A DNA stretch of 64,000 nt from an uncultured Actinomycetes bacterium (lineage in GTDB: Bacteria; Actinomycetota; Thermoleophilia; Gaiellales; Gaiellaceae): NCBI GenBank assembly GCA_963724315.1, contig CAVRUF010000010.1, positions 60,956-124,955 on the forward strand, written 5' to 3'. Shown here piece after piece: positions 62,286-64,000 of the stretch (its first letter is position 1; every line of letters starts with the position of its first letter). The notes below the pieces were generated by a model. That model did no database searches. It was not told the DNA's origin and worked only from the letters and a program-made list of their open reading frames with translations. Both the position numbers and the translations under genes were made by a program.

Positions 62286-63334
62286 GTGGAGAAGCGCGGC
62301 TTCCTCACCTGGGCGGCGGTCGGACTCGTGGCCGTCGTCGCCTTGTTCGCGCTCGCCGACACGCTTCGTGACGCCGGCCGGTCCACGCGGGGTTCGGCCC
62401 GGCCTGCGGTCGATACCGACACGACCGCCCTGTCCGGCACGAACACCGTCCCGGAGCCGCCGCTCGAGGCGCCGCCGGGCTGGCAGGAGGGGCGTGCTCC
62501 CGGGCGTCCTCACGTTCATCGACGCGGGCAACTGCGCGATCCGCACGATCGGCCTCTCGGGCGGCCGCGAGCAGCCGGTGCCTCCGTTCGAGACCACCTG
62601 CGAGGGATTCTGGGCGCCGCCGGTCGGCTCCCGGCTCGCGTTCGTCTCGCCGTTCGAGAACGGCGGGACGATTCGGATCGTCGACCTGAACGGGGTTCGC
62701 GACGACCTCGGGACCTACATCGCGAGCGGCGATGTCCACTGGAGCGCCGACGGGCGGCGGGCGGCATGGTGCGCCGACCCGCGATCCGGTATCGGCATCG
62801 AATGGCAGATCGCCGGCGGGGCGCGAGAGATCCCGTTCTGTCCGGCCGCGTTTACCCCCACCGGCGAGCTGGCCCGGCGGCGTGGCGGTCAGGCCCCCGC
62901 GCAGGCGCGGACGACTCATCGTGGGCGACCGGATCGTGGCGCGGATGCCGGATCCGATCCTCTACGCGCAGTTCGGTCCCGAAGGCGCGGTTGCGACCGT
63001 CGACATCCGCGGCCGGGTCTATCGCTTCGGCAACGACCCCGTCCGCCTCGGCCCCGTGGTCGGTTGGAACGGATTGCGGCCGGTCTTCAGCCTCGATCTC
63101 TGCCTTGCGGCATTCCCGCGGCTGCTCGGCTTCACGGTGATCGAGCTCGGCTGTGACGGCGAGGTCGTGTACCACCGGGTTCCGGGAACCTCGGCCGCCT
63201 GGTCGCCCGACGGGCACTGGCTCGCCATCGCGGTGCCGGGCGAGATCCAATTCGTTCCCGTGCGCGCGACGGAGGCTACTCCCCCGCTCGTTTGGCCGGC
63301 CCGGGCGCTGGCGCTCGCCTGGCGCCCGAGCTGA
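62286..63334 (+). pseudogene. membrane-anchored PD40/TolB-like repeat protein, tandem paralog 2; 2 frame breaks
   Basis: MEKRGFLTWAAVGLVAVVALFALADTLRD…PPGWQEG joins VLPGVLTFIDAGNCAIRTIGL…CEGFWAPPVGSRLAF…HWSADGRRAAWC…FCPAAFTPTGEL after a break in the GGGG run at 62489-62492. This joins …RLIVGDRIVARMPDPILYAQFG…AAWSPDGHWLAIAVPGEIQF… (ORF 62732..63334). Confidence 0.55.
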
Positions 63335-64000
63335 TGGATTCGAGCAGGTGGTTCACGCCGGTCGTTGTCGGCCTCGTGCTCGTAGTCGGGGGGCTCGCGC
63401 TCGCGGATTCCGTCCGGGGCTGCGAAACGGCGACCACGACGATCGAGGCGAGGCCGACGCAGCCCACGGAGCCGACGACCGCGCCGGCGGCGACGACGAC
63501 CGAGACCGGCCCCACGCCGCAGGAGGAGGCGCCGGCGAACTGGCCGCAGGGCGAGCTCCACGGCGTCCTCACGTTCATCGCCGCCGACGACTGCCGGATC
63601 CGCACGATCGGCCTCGCCGGAGGCCGCGAACGGCCGCCGACGCGGTTCGTCACCAACTGCCTCGGCTTGTGGGCGCCGAAGGTCGGCTCGCGGGTCGCGT
63701 TCGGCGAGCTGCCGGACGGGAGGTTCTTCCGGATCGCAGACCTCGGCCATCCGCGGCGCAGCTTCGGGGTGTATCCCGTCAGCGCCGAAACGTGGCCGAT
63801 CTGGAGCCCGGACGGTCAGCGGCTCGCGTGGTGCGACTCGCCGGGCACGGGTGTCGAGCGCGAGATCCTCGGCCAGGGACGAGTGCTCTCGTTCTGCCCG
63901 GTCGCGTACACGCCGGACGGAGACCTCGCCCATGTCGAGGGCCGCCGGCTCGTCGTCGGCGACCGGACGCTCGTGCGGGCTCCCAAGCCCATCCTGTACG
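63334..64000 (+). CDS. membrane-anchored PD40/TolB-like repeat protein, tandem paralog 3 (3' end outside window)
   Basis: ATG 63334 overlaps the preceding TGA (TGATG). Hand translation gives MDSSRWFTPVVVGLVLVVGGLALADSVRGC…GVLTFIAADDCRIRTIGL…CLGLWAPKVGSRVAF…IWSPDGQRLAWCD…FCPVAYTPDGDLAHVEGRRLVVGDRTLV…. It is not in the ORF track because no stop lies inside the window. Confidence 0.6.
   Translation, partial: MDSSRWFTPVVVGLVLVVGGLALADSVRGCETATTTIEARPTQPTEPTTAPAATTTETGPTPQEEAPANWPQGELHGVLTFIAADDCRIRTIGLAGGRERPPTRFVTNCLGLWAPKVGSRVAFGELPDGRFFRIADLGHPRRSFGVYPVSAETWPIWSPDGQRLAWCDSPGTGVEREILGQGRVLSFCPVAYTPDGDLAHVEGRRLVVGDRTLVRAPKPILY

Overview
Very GC-rich bacterial chromosomal segment (about 70% by eye, not computed). 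Gene content and synteny look actinobacterial: pcrA, hppA, uvrA, uvrB, rpsA-coaE, tsaE-tsaB-rimI-tsaD, panC-panB, rex, gdh. A deep-branching Thermoleophilia/Rubrobacteria-like lineage is my guess only. Genes are tightly packed. Same-strand neighbours often overlap by ATGA/GTGA, and four convergent pairs share a CTAG stop. Housekeeping genes are interleaved with accessory loci. (1) 40.2-46.6 kb holds a seven-gene SipW-like signal peptidase / TasA-like cluster with LamG-type domains and a proline-stalk membrane anchor; this is my best candidate for an undescribed surface-fibre system. (2) 8.4-13.55 kb holds a cobalamin-riboswitch-controlled ECF transporter operon with DUF4430 and prenyltransferase-like binding proteins. 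(3) 18.8-23.7 kb holds a roughly 5-kb RTX-repeat giant gene. (4) 2.8-5.2 kb holds a two-domain multicopper oxidase plus two cupredoxins. (5) 54.2-58.6 kb holds a sulfatase-RTX fusion convergent with an LTA-synthase-like membrane sulfatase. (6) The 3' end holds three tandem PD40-like paralogs. The window also contains one tRNA-Val with an intrinsic terminator and a vapBC pair. I found no CRISPR array, rRNA, integrase or transposase. Main caveat: many genes can only be read by switching frame (roughly 55-65 single-base breaks, counted by eye). The breaks I could pin down sit in short homopolymers, and long conserved genes have none. Genes with broken frames are typed as pseudogenes, but the breaks may be assembly indels. 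All family calls come from motif recognition in the translations. No HMM or BLAST search was run, and frameshift positions are approximate.
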